Below, in pieces: positions 30,149 through 39,130 of a DNA stretch of 58,421 nt (its first letter is position 1; each line of letters begins with the position of its first letter). The notes beneath the pieces were generated by a model that had not been told where the DNA came from, made no database searches, and was given only the letters and a program-made list of their open reading frames with translations. The DNA is taken from contig JAZLKE010000018.1 in the NCBI GenBank assembly GCA_045597505.1, positions 1 through 58,421 of the forward strand, written 5' to 3'. The stretch comes from Clostridia bacterium (GTDB taxonomy: Bacteria > Bacillota > Clostridia > Christensenellales > UBA1242). A program made the position numbers and the translations under genes.

Positions 30149-31186
30149 TTATTCCTTGACCGTACCTTTGATAACAGTAAAAATTTTACCACTGGTTGGG
30201 ATGTCGGTTGCCGTAATAATGGCTTGCGTATTGGCAATCGCAATTAGCAGTCTCGTACGACGACTGCTATCTAACTCACTGAAAACATCGTCCAACAATA
30301 AAATTGGTCGTTCGCCCGTAATGTCCGTAAACAAATCCAACTCTGCCAATTTGATTGATAGCGCAACGGTGCGCTGTTGACCTTGGCTGCCAAACACACG
30401 GACGTCCTGACCATTAATCATAATTGCAATATCGTCACGATGTGGTCCAACCGTAGTAGTGCGCAAACGCAAATCGCGTTCCCGCGCGGATATCAATTCT
30501 TGCGCAAAATTCTGGCACGTCTCATATTTGAGGGTGATTTCTTCTTGACCACCGGTCAATTCCCGATGTTTTGCCACCACATATGGTGTCAATTTTTGAA
30601 CGAACGCTTCGCGTTTGGCGATGATAATTTTGCCTTGCTTAATTAGTTGGTCGTCCCAAATTGCCAATTCACGCGGGTCGGTATTATCTTTCAAATAAGC
30701 ATTACGCTGTTGCAAAATTTTATTATAGCGGGCGAGTGCATAAAAATAACTTTTATCAATTTGGGATAAATCAATATTCAAAAAACGACGACGGTCAGCG
30801 GGCGCTTCTTTAACCAATTTCAGTTCGTCTGGCGAAAAGAAAATGCAGTTAATTTGTCCCATTAGTTCCGCCACTTTGGCAATCGGAACTCGGTTAATCG
30901 AAATCGATTTTTTCAAACCCGTACCCAACTGAATAGCAATATCTACGGAGCCAAATTTTTTCAGGGCAGTGACTTGAACCAATGCTTGGTTTTGACCGAA
31001 CTGAACCATTTCGCTGTCACGACTGGTACGCCAACCGCGACCCACACAAGACAAATAGATTGCTTCCAATAAATTGGTTTTACCTTGACCGTTCGGACCT
31101 ACCAAAACATTAACCCCAGCATCTAGATGCAGGGTAGTGTGCATATGATTCCGGAAATTATCTACGGTCAATTCTGTAATTTGCAT
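30149..31186 (-). CDS. recF: DNA replication and repair protein RecF
   Basis: Has FRNH..., GPNGQGKTNLLEAI Walker A, the signature GQQRT, and Walker B LLLDDV. The start is trimmed to MQITEL. Confidence 0.9.
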   Translation of the reverse strand: MQITELTVDNFRNHMHTTLHLDAGVNVLVGPNGQGKTNLLEAIYLSCVGRGWRTSRDSEMVQFGQNQALVQVTALKKFGSVDIAIQLGTGLKKSISINRVPIAKVAELMGQINCIFFSPDELKLVKEAPADRRRFLNIDLSQIDKSYFYALARYNKILQQRNAYLKDNTDPRELAIWDDQLIKQGKIIIAKREAFVQKLTPYVVAKHRELTGGQEEITLKYETCQNFAQELISARERDLRLRTTTVGPHRDDIAIMINGQDVRVFGSQGQQRTVALSIKLAELDLFTDITGERPILLLDDVFSELDSSRRTRLLIAIANTQAIITATDIPTSGKIFTVIKGTVKE

Positions 31187-31249
31187 TGATATATAATACA
31201 AAAAAAACCGCAGCAAAGCCACGGTTTTTTTCAATTTGACGCGTCCAGA

Positions 31250-31783
31250 TTATTTAGCCGCTTTCTTCGGAGCCGCTTTCTTCGCAGCAGGTTTTTCTGC
31301 TACAACGGTTTCCGCTACTGGAGCTGCAGCCGGTTTTACTTGAGCCGGAACCATTTCAGCTTCAATAAAGCGAGTCGCTCCTTTAACTAACGGATGCAAT
31401 CCGAAAACAAAGAACGGAACCCACAATTGATAGAAAGCAACTAAAGCATTGCTACCACTGATTGACGCAAGTTCACTGTTATTGAATCCAGTTACAACAA
31501 TCAAAACCAACAACATAACAGTAATCAAACCACCAACAACCATGTAAAGTGCGCTAACGATTTTTTTGCTGTTGTTCAAGGTTTTAACGATCGTAACACC
31601 AACCATACCGAAGAAGAACAACATGGTCGAAATTAACAACATAATGTTGTACATTTGATTCAACCAGTTACCATCGGTAATACGACTACCAAAATTTACC
31701 CATGCAATAATAGCAAAGATACCACCCAAAGCATAGAACAAAGCTAATGAAAGTCGTGACCAGTTTTTACGAATAAAATCCAT
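31250..31783 (-). CDS. Hypothetical polytopic membrane protein with an Ala/Lys/Pro-rich tail
   Basis: ORF preceded by AAGGAGA, with four or five hydrophobic helices. Confidence 0.5.
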   Translation of the reverse strand: MDFIRKNWSRLSLALFYALGGIFAIIAWVNFGSRITDGNWLNQMYNIMLLISTMLFFFGMVGVTIVKTLNNSKKIVSALYMVVGGLITVMLLVLIVVTGFNNSELASISGSNALVAFYQLWVPFFVFGLHPLVKGATRFIEAEMVPAQVKPAAAPVAETVVAEKPAAKKAAPKKAAK

Positions 31784-32013
31784 GACTTCGTCTCCTTTTA
31801 ATTTGGGCGCATCCCAAAAAATTTTTACTTTACGTAAATCTACCTTTAGTATACCGAGTTTTGATTATTCTAACAAATCATTTTTGGCATTTTCTCCCAT
31901 CAGACAGCAAAAAAACGCGTTTTTTATTAACACTGGGGCAATGAGTCTTGTTTTATATTTGTAATAATATGATTTACAGTTGGTGCAAATTATAACAGGG
32001 GAATAGTATCTAG

Positions 32014-32047
32014 TAAAAAAACTTTCACCCCTTGGAAAAGGGGTGAA
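32014..32047 (-). terminator. Rho-independent terminator
   Basis: Perfect TTCACCCCTT/AAGGGGTGAA stem followed by a U-run on the minus strand. Confidence 0.65.
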
Positions 32048-32057
32048 TGCCAATTAA

Positions 32058-33194
32058 TTAAATTTGTTTATCATCGTTTTGTTTTCGTTGCAAATCGGCT
32101 TTAATTTTTAAGCCCGCCTGATAATCACTGACCATTTTGTTGAAGCGACTTTCCCAATTGTTGCGTTTTAACAACGCAGCATAGTAATCTTTTTCTGGAA
32201 TAGGATTTTGGTAACCCATATCAAAACAAACATCTTTATGGTCTTCGTAAAAATCGTGCGTCAAAACACGTTCTTCGTTTTCAAATAACATGGCTTCATA
32301 GGCTTGCGTATACCAATCAAGGTAGTTCATTGCTTCCATAGCTTCGGGTTCAACTACATATTTATTCATAATTGCATCTTTAATTCTTTGTTGTAACCAC
32401 ATCGGAGCATATTTCACCATGGCTTTTTTTACTGTGTAATGGTTCAAACCAGTGTGGGTTAAGCCGTCTACTAAACCATTAAAATATTTGTTGTGGCAAT
32501 CTTTTTCCAAAGTCGTCACGCATGGATCATAGAATGTTTTTACACTGTATAATTGTGTGCGATCACTGTAATCATGATGACGCAAAACTTCGTTCGGAGT
32601 ATTCAAACCATTACTGTAAACAATTTGCGCACGAGTGATATCAAATTGATATTGTTCACGAGCCTTGTTAAAATCGGCATCGGTTTCAACAAATTTTTTG
32701 TAAGTATTCAACGGAATTTTGGTAAATTTATTCAAATCGCACAAAACAACTGTTTTTTTCACGGAATCAACATCCAAGTTTTTATCATTTTCGCTGAAAA
32801 TGTATTTTTCTTTCGCGATTTTGGCGATTTTGTTCATTTCTTTGTTCAAAACGTTATCTTCACTAATTAAATCGTAAACATGTTTGTCTACCATCTTTTT
32901 GAAATATTTGGCTACCCAATTGTTGTTGTCAATGTTGTACAACATGTTTTCTTCTTCAAGTCTGTTGCGCGAATGGTCGTAATCACATTTCGCGTTAGCA
33001 ACAAGAAAGTCATTGACTTCTTGAATAATGTGCAAGTCGCCTTTTTCTAATTTTCCCGCCAAAGGGAAAATAAGCGAAAGGTGTTTACGCAAAAATTCGA
33101 AGTTTGCTTCCTCTTCTTGTTGTTGTAATTTTGCTTTTTCTTCTTTTGTTAAATGATTAAAATTGAAACGATTCTTTAATTCTTTTAATTTCAT
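32058..33194 (-). CDS. Hypothetical protein (378 aa)
   Basis: Long ORF; no motif recognised. Confidence 0.45.
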   Translation of the reverse strand: MKLKELKNRFNFNHLTKEEKAKLQQQEEEANFEFLRKHLSLIFPLAGKLEKGDLHIIQEVNDFLVANAKCDYDHSRNRLEEENMLYNIDNNNWVAKYFKKMVDKHVYDLISEDNVLNKEMNKIAKIAKEKYIFSENDKNLDVDSVKKTVVLCDLNKFTKIPLNTYKKFVETDADFNKAREQYQFDITRAQIVYSNGLNTPNEVLRHHDYSDRTQLYSVKTFYDPCVTTLEKDCHNKYFNGLVDGLTHTGLNHYTVKKAMVKYAPMWLQQRIKDAIMNKYVVEPEAMEAMNYLDWYTQAYEAMLFENEERVLTHDFYEDHKDVCFDMGYQNPIPEKDYYAALLKRNNWESRFNKMVSDYQAGLKIKADLQRKQNDDKQI

Positions 33195-33356
33195 GACGAC
33201 TATTCTACACTAATGGCCAAGCAAAGTCAATATGACCAATCAAAAATTTCGGGAGATTTTGACATTTCCGCGGTCAAAAATGATTCATGACTTAGGTTTA
33301 ATTTTTCATCCCCACATATTACCCGATACCCCCTGAAAAGTTAACGCCCCCAACAC

Positions 33357-33389
33357 AAAAAAACACCCTAACCAAATCGGTTAGAGTGT
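33357..33389 (-). terminator. Rho-independent terminator of the redox operon
   Basis: ACACTCTAACC/GGTTAGGGTGT stem followed by U7 on the minus strand. Confidence 0.55.
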
Positions 33390-33434
33390 TGATTATTCCG
33401 CTAGTTTCAAAAGTCAGTGACTATGCGCCATTTT

Positions 33435-34343
33435 TTATTTAACGGTATTTAAATACTGAATTGCATGCGTGGCTGCGACAGCACCGTCACTGGTGGCAGT
33501 GACTAATTGACGGAGGTCCTTGACACGATTGTCACCCGCCGCAAAAATTCCCGGAACATTGGTACGACAATCTTCGCCAGCTTGGATATAACCGAATTGA
33601 TCTAATTGGATTAGTTTGGCAAAATTTTGGTTTTCCGGAATTCTGCCGACCGCAATGAATAAGCCAGCAACCGCTAAAGTTTCTTTGGTATTGTCATTAT
33701 GTGTAATTTCAATACTATCCAAACGTTGGTCGGCGTTTAATTGCGTGACATTGCTGTTATAGATGAACTCAATATTATTTTTTTGTTTTAGTTGTGCAAT
33801 GGTAACTTCTTCGCCGTTAAGTTCACTGCGGCGGTGGATTAAATAAACTTTTGCGGCTAAATCGGTCAGGTAGAGTGCGTCTTCAATAGCAGCATTTCCG
33901 CCGCCAACTACGGCAACATTTTTACCTCTGTAAAAGGCACCATCACAAGTTGCGCAGTAAGACACACCTTTACCAACTAATTCCGCCTCGTTGGGTAAAC
34001 CTAGACAGCGGTTTTCAGAACCAGTGGCGATGATGACCGCTTTTGCCAAATATGTATTGCGAACGGTGATGACTTCTTTTTGACTACCATGGTCATTAAT
34101 GTTGACCACTTTTTCATAAATAATTTCGGCACCTAAATCTTTGGCTTGTTGAAATGTTTTCGTGGCAAAATCAACTCCGGAAATATGTGCCGCGGCAGGG
34201 TAATTTTCAATTTCCAAAGTATTGATGATTTGTCCGCCATAGTTTTTAGCTTCTAAAAGTAAAACTTTTTTCATGGCGCGTCGTGCATAGATTGCAGCAG
34301 TTAATCCGGCGGGACCAGCGCCAATAATAATGATGTCGTACAT
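33435..34343 (-). CDS. trxB: Thioredoxin-disulfide reductase
   Basis: Has the GAGPAG FAD site, the CATCDG redox-active disulfide, and the GGGNAA NADPH site. Confidence 0.9.
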   Translation of the reverse strand: MYDIIIIGAGPAGLTAAIYARRAMKKVLLLEAKNYGGQIINTLEIENYPAAAHISGVDFATKTFQQAKDLGAEIIYEKVVNINDHGSQKEVITVRNTYLAKAVIIATGSENRCLGLPNEAELVGKGVSYCATCDGAFYRGKNVAVVGGGNAAIEDALYLTDLAAKVYLIHRRSELNGEEVTIAQLKQKNNIEFIYNSNVTQLNADQRLDSIEITHNDNTKETLAVAGLFIAVGRIPENQNFAKLIQLDQFGYIQAGEDCRTNVPGIFAAGDNRVKDLRQLVTATSDGAVAATHAIQYLNTVK

Positions 34344-34657
34344 TAATTGTCACCAATCATATCGTTAATGGCGCTTTGTGACACCAAGCCAATATTCCTT
34401 TTAATTTCGCTTCCTTTGTTAAAAAGCACTAAGCAGGGAATTGATGAGACGTTGTATTGTTCAGCCAATTCTGGCTCGTTGTCAACGTTTACCGAAACGA
34501 TTTTGACTTGGTTGTTTTCTGCGGCAACCGCTTCAATAATGGGTTTTAACATTTGGCATGGGCCACACCAACTAGCGTTAAAATCCACCAAGACTTTTTG
34601 GTCGCTGTTCAATACTTCTTTTGCAAAATTTTTTTGATTAATTTCCAAGATTGCCAT
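34343..34657 (-). CDS. trxA: Thioredoxin
   Basis: Has the WCGPC active site. 104 aa. Confidence 0.9.
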   Translation of the reverse strand: MAILEINQKNFAKEVLNSDQKVLVDFNASWCGPCQMLKPIIEAVAAENNQVKIVSVNVDNEPELAEQYNVSSIPCLVLFNKGSEIKRNIGLVSQSAINDMIGDN

Positions 34658-35111
34658 TTGTTTTTTTCTCCTTTTGTATTTGTGTGTTGGTTAAAACTTT
34701 GTTAATCAATTTGTGTAATGTCATTGCTTCTTCTGGTAAAAGGTTGATGCATTGGCACATTTGTGCCGGAATGGAGAGCGCTTGGTCTCTTAACGCTAGC
34801 CCTTTAGGGGTGATGTTAATTTCAAGGTTTCTTTCATCATCAAAGGACCGAACTCTGGTAATAAAACCTTTCGCTTCAAGTTTTTTTAATAACGGCGTTA
34901 AAGTACTGGAATCCAATAGCAGGGTATTGCCAATTTCTTTAACATTGCTTTTTCTTTTTTCCCAAAAATACATCATGACAATATATTGTGTGTAAGTTAA
35001 ATCAATTTTTTCCAACATTGGTGTATAATTACGAATAATTTCTTTGGCGCATAAGTAGATTGGAAAGCATAATTGATTTTTTAGGGATAATGGTGCGTAC
35101 TTAGATTCCAT
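34638..35111 (-). CDS. ohrR: MarR-family regulator of the OhrR type
   Basis: Has an N-terminal NQLCFPIY motif (OhrR sensing-Cys context) and a winged-helix core. Confidence 0.7.
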   Translation of the reverse strand: MESKYAPLSLKNQLCFPIYLCAKEIIRNYTPMLEKIDLTYTQYIVMMYFWEKRKSNVKEIGNTLLLDSSTLTPLLKKLEAKGFITRVRSFDDERNLEINITPKGLALRDQALSIPAQMCQCINLLPEEAMTLHKLINKVLTNTQIQKEKKTNGNLGN

Positions 35112-35664
35112 TGACCGATTCCCCGTTAATCAAGGCCAATAAATCGTCTTCCATTTTAATGGGATCAAAGGTTGGAGCATATCTTTTGATTACATTGCCT
35201 TTTTGATCAATTAAAAATTTAGTAAAGTTCCAAACAATATCACCGTCTTTTTTGCATGTTTTACTGATTTTTTTAATTGCCGCCATTGCCAATTTGTTTT
35301 TAAAGCCTTTGACGGCTTCGTGTGGTTGCTGTTGTTTCAATAAAGTAAAGACGGGACTTTCGTTTTCCCCATTGACATCAATTTTAGCTAACTGATCAAA
35401 TTGTGTTTTATATTTCGCGGTACAGAAATTGTGAATTTCTTCGTTTGTTCCTGGCGCTTGATGACCAAATTGGTCACAAGGAAAATCCAGAATTTCTAAA
35501 CCTTGGTTGTGATACTTTTCATAAAGCGCCTCAAGCCCTTTGTATTGTGGTGTAAAACCACAGCCGGTGGCGGTATTAACCACAATGATAACCTTGCCTT
35601 TGAGTGTGGCTAGGTCAAATTCTTCATTGTTTCTTGTTTTGACTTTTATGTCGTAGATACTCAT
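35101..35664 (-). CDS. gpx: Glutathione peroxidase family protein (Cys type)
   Basis: Has NTATGCGFT, FPCDQFGHQAPG and WNFTKFLI motifs. Confidence 0.85.
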   Translation of the reverse strand: MSIYDIKVKTRNNEEFDLATLKGKVIIVVNTATGCGFTPQYKGLEALYEKYHNQGLEILDFPCDQFGHQAPGTNEEIHNFCTAKYKTQFDQLAKIDVNGENESPVFTLLKQQQPHEAVKGFKNKLAMAAIKKISKTCKKDGDIVWNFTKFLIDQKGNVIKRYAPTFDPIKMEDDLLALINGESVNGI

Positions 35665-35686
35665 AATTAATGTCTCCTTTTTTAAT

Positions 35687-35708
35687 ATTAATTTGTATGC
35701 AAATTAAT
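35687..35708. promoter_or_regulatory. Inverted-repeat candidate OhrR/MarR operator upstream of gpx
   Basis: ATTAATTTG-N4-CAAATTAAT sits 23 nt upstream of the gpx start. Confidence 0.4.
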
Positions 35709-35875
35709 CGTATCAAAACTATTTCCTATTGTCAACAATAATTTTTTAACTAATATGTAAATCAAAAATACCATGTACTGGTATTGGTGCGTCGGTGCTT
35801 TGTGTGCTTGTCCACGGCAGGGCGAACCGCCGCCACTTGTATATTTAGACAAGCACACGTTTAACTGCCAAATAA

Positions 35876-37429
35876 TCATTTATTTATCGGTTGCAAAATA
35901 AATACATTTTCGGTATATGTTTTATCATTTAACTTATTAAGTTTAAGAGTATCACCATCCCTAACAAGTTGATAATAAGTCGTACCAGTCGTGGTTGCGG
36001 AATAATAGACATTTTTAATTAAAATTTTATCATTATCAATCTGTAAATAATAATCAGTTGCATTATATGATGACGCAAAGGTTGTAAACTGTTCCAATGT
36101 AATATGCAACATCGGGTTTTCTATGCAAGCATCGATATCAAAAATGATATAACGAAGTTTATTATCAACCAAAGAAACCATCGTTTCATGATCAAACCAA
36201 AAAGCAGTTCCTAAATTATCCCAGAAAGAAATACAATTTTCTATTTCATAATCTCTACCAGAATCCCACATTCTGATTCCCTGATAATAACCTCTAAGGC
36301 TTGAACCAAATGATATACCATCAAAGGTAGTAATAAAGTACAAATCATAAACAGTTAAATCGTTTTGTACAGGCAGCTCAATGCCATTAAGCATTTCGCA
36401 GTCAATTTGCGGTATTAAGGTATTTGGCACATACGACCAAGTAAAAACTCTTTTTTCTTTACTACAAATATACTTTTTCAAATCTGTATAATAGATAATG
36501 TTATTCTGTTCATCTTTATCATTAATGATATTATTCAATACATAAACATAATCATAATTATCGGTAAACACAGCTCTTAATTGGACATCTTTATTTGGCA
36601 AAACATCTGTAAATGACAATGTACCATTTGAATTAATGGCAACTTTATAATAATTATCATTTAAATCAGACACCAAATTACCAGCCAATATTTGATTAAT
36701 TCTAATTCCTTCTATGCGATAAATATAGCCAGTAACATTATCAATAATAAAACTTTGAACTAATGCACTAGAATAATAATCTGTTTTATCAAAATTCGAA
36801 ATACCATATTCGTCATAAACCAAACCTACTGGTCTAATTGTAACATATTCATTTTTAACCTGTTCTTCATCAACATAATCATAATAGCCAGATTTTTCCA
36901 CCGGAATAACAAATTGCAGATATGTTAATTTTTCAGCCACATATACTTTATTAATTTGTGCAGGTATTTCATCTTGAGTAATTTCGGTTTGATCAGTAAT
37001 TAAATTCCCTTTAGAATCGTAAACACTAGTTGTTTTTGCTGTATTTTTAATAAAAGTTACTTTTTCAATGGAATCATTATTATATTCAACATTTCCATTC
37101 TCGTAATTAGCAGTTGTTTTATAAAGATAATATTTGTTTTCTACATTTTCATCGAGCATAATATCTGCTGGGAAAAGATTTGCCATTGGTGTAATATTTT
37201 CTGTCTTAATATTTTTCACAGCTTTTTCTTTCTTAATACCGAAAGCAGTTACCCCCGAGACATCAACTGCCAAATCCTCAATATAATTTATTTTTAAGGG
37301 CTGCATATGATTTTCATTTTCCTGTGTGGGATTTTTAGTTTCAATATTACCACCATTACTGCAGGCAACTATTGTAAACATTAACAAACAGCAAAACAGT
37401 AAGGCCACTATTGAGTGTATTTTTTTCAT
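35876..37429 (-). CDS. Putative lipoprotein (517 aa), AT-rich gene
   Basis: Signal peptide with the lipobox IVAC. Composition is visibly more AT-rich than neighbouring genes. Confidence 0.55.
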   Translation of the reverse strand: MKKIHSIVALLFCCLLMFTIVACSNGGNIETKNPTQENENHMQPLKINYIEDLAVDVSGVTAFGIKKEKAVKNIKTENITPMANLFPADIMLDENVENKYYLYKTTANYENGNVEYNNDSIEKVTFIKNTAKTTSVYDSKGNLITDQTEITQDEIPAQINKVYVAEKLTYLQFVIPVEKSGYYDYVDEEQVKNEYVTIRPVGLVYDEYGISNFDKTDYYSSALVQSFIIDNVTGYIYRIEGIRINQILAGNLVSDLNDNYYKVAINSNGTLSFTDVLPNKDVQLRAVFTDNYDYVYVLNNIINDKDEQNNIIYYTDLKKYICSKEKRVFTWSYVPNTLIPQIDCEMLNGIELPVQNDLTVYDLYFITTFDGISFGSSLRGYYQGIRMWDSGRDYEIENCISFWDNLGTAFWFDHETMVSLVDNKLRYIIFDIDACIENPMLHITLEQFTTFASSYNATDYYLQIDNDKILIKNVYYSATTTGTTYYQLVRDGDTLKLNKLNDKTYTENVFILQPINK

Positions 37430-37694
37430 ATTACTCCTTAAATTTTAATATTTTAAGTATATTTATAAGAATTTTTTATGTCAATAAAAACCTAAATTGA
37501 AACGTCAATTTAAGATATGATTGGTGGGTAATGTGTGACTTAAATCCACAACTTCTCCACATAAAAGGGACACTATTCCACCTAGGTTAATTGTTTATCG
37601 ATGTTAAATCTGTTATGTCTATTTTAATGCCCAAAAAATCTCTGGCAAAGAATATGTCAGTTAGCGCAAATTTTCCGTTCGTATTATTTACCTG

Positions 37695-37771
37695 TGGTGC
37701 ACCGCGGGCGATTCGAACGCTCGACCTTCTGTTCCGTAGACAGACGCTCTATCCAGCTGAGCTAGCGGTGC
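37695..37771 (-). tRNA. tRNA-Arg (anticodon ACG), CCA encoded
   Basis: Hand-folded cloverleaf: acceptor GCACCGC/GCGGTGC, anticodon stem TCTGT/ACAGA, loop CTACGGA. Confidence 0.9.
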
Positions 37772-37847
37772 ATATCTTGCGAACAAAAGTATTATAACAT
37801 AGTTCTTGACAAATGGCTACACTTTTTATAAAATATTTTTTGTTCAT

Positions 37848-37923
37848 GGGGGTGTAGCTCAGTGGCTAGAGCACCTGCCCTGCAAGCAGGGGGTCAGCGG
37901 TTCAAATCCGCTCACCTCCACCA
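37848..37923 (+). tRNA. tRNA-Ala (anticodon TGC), CCA encoded, C at position 33
   Basis: Hand-folded cloverleaf with a G3:U70 wobble, anticodon stem CCTGC/GCAGG and loop CCTGCAA. A TTGACA-17-TAAAAT promoter lies upstream. Confidence 0.85.
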
Positions 37924-37929
37924 AGAACC

Positions 37930-37955
37930 AAAAGACGCGATTGGCGTCTTTTTTT
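37930..37955 (+). terminator. Rho-independent terminator after tRNA-Ala
   Basis: AAAGACGC-GATTG-GCGTCTTT followed by a T-run. Confidence 0.55.
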
Positions 37956-38013
37956 GTACAAAAATTTTTGGATACCCATTGCATTCGGGGCAGTGGTTCA
38001 CTATAATAAAAAC

Positions 38014-39063
38014 ATGGGGTTCGTCACTGATTATTTCAAATCAAAAACCATGGCAGAAGATTTACAAAAAGCCGCCCATGGTAACCAAAACAACATTGAA
38101 TATTTGAACCAAGAAATGGTGTGCGCGATGTTGCGTTGGCAACAATGGTTTGAAAATCCGTATGTCGACCATAAAGCCATAAAATTACGTCAACCAACCA
38201 AAACCGATTTTGATCATTACCGCCAAGCAGTTTTACAACTGCTTTCCCAGTGTGAACAGCACCAAGGCGTAATGATACCGAAAATTAACGAACTTTTAAT
38301 TACTAACGCTAACAATTTAATTGCACCAGGACCAGACTTTAATGAACGCTTGATTACGTTAATCACCATGGGTGCGTGTGAATACCATGGTTTTAACGCT
38401 GCCTTCACCGATAGTATTAAACAACACGGATTAAACCCGCAAGCCAAATTTCTAACGCAGAAGCAACTTGAGCCCATCCAAAACATTCTTCATCGTATCG
38501 GTCAAAAGCAGGGCTTAGGTCTAACAGAACGCGACCAAAATGTGGTTTACGTTACCACAAATCCTTATGCGGCGTATCTGCATGCCAAAACATCACCCGA
38601 ATGGTTTTATTATCTTTGCGCTGGGTACATGCATGATTATGAACAATCCCGCGCGCATATCTTAAATTTTAGTGGCCAAGAAAAACTGACACCGCATGAC
38701 CGTACGATACTGGTTGAATTTTTCGAAAAATGGTGGGCCAAATTAAACAACGACAAATTAAAAATTGCCATGATGCCGATGTTCCGCGATAAAACCATGT
38801 TACAAAACCGATTGAATTTTAACCTGCGTTTTTTACACAAATTTGGTTACGAAAAATCAATCAAGAAATTTCTGGACTGCGATATGTATTTTGAATACGA
38901 ACATATTTACGACCAACCCATCCAACCGAAATGGTTGCAAATTATTGACATTCCTAACCAAGCCACCCACCAACAAAAATTAACACAACTGCAAAATTCT
39001 TTTGCCAATACCAATTTGAAAAAATCAATCCAAACAGTGGATACCCAAGTTACCATTGCTTAA
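38014..39063 (+). CDS. Hypothetical protein (349 aa)
   Basis: Long ORF. The start is trimmed to the ATG at 38014, 6 nt after a TATAAT. Confidence 0.45.
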   Translation: MGFVTDYFKSKTMAEDLQKAAHGNQNNIEYLNQEMVCAMLRWQQWFENPYVDHKAIKLRQPTKTDFDHYRQAVLQLLSQCEQHQGVMIPKINELLITNANNLIAPGPDFNERLITLITMGACEYHGFNAAFTDSIKQHGLNPQAKFLTQKQLEPIQNILHRIGQKQGLGLTERDQNVVYVTTNPYAAYLHAKTSPEWFYYLCAGYMHDYEQSRAHILNFSGQEKLTPHDRTILVEFFEKWWAKLNNDKLKIAMMPMFRDKTMLQNRLNFNLRFLHKFGYEKSIKKFLDCDMYFEYEHIYDQPIQPKWLQIIDIPNQATHQQKLTQLQNSFANTNLKKSIQTVDTQVTIA

Positions 39064-39130
39064 ATCATAGAGTAGGGCATAAAAAAAGCACCCCGCGTTG
39101 GAGTGCTTTTTGTTTGCGTGTTTGTACGGC

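Noticed and set aside
31905-31925. AAAAAACGCGTTTTTT perfect palindrome upstream of the 31250-31783 gene, considered as a regulatory site or terminator
   Set aside because: The stem is almost entirely A/T with only a CGCG core, and it occurs once. The evidence is insufficient to call it either way.
35688-35879. 63-aa ORF between gpx and the lipoprotein gene, and a 62-aa ORF at 31865-32053
   Set aside because: They are short, sit in promoter or terminator regions, have odd composition, and have no start context.
37522-37552. A fifth tRNA gene on the minus strand
   Set aside because: Only a T-arm-like hairpin with a bulge and an ACCA end can be drawn. No matching 5' acceptor strand, D-arm or anticodon arm was found. 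It is treated as a possible fragment only.
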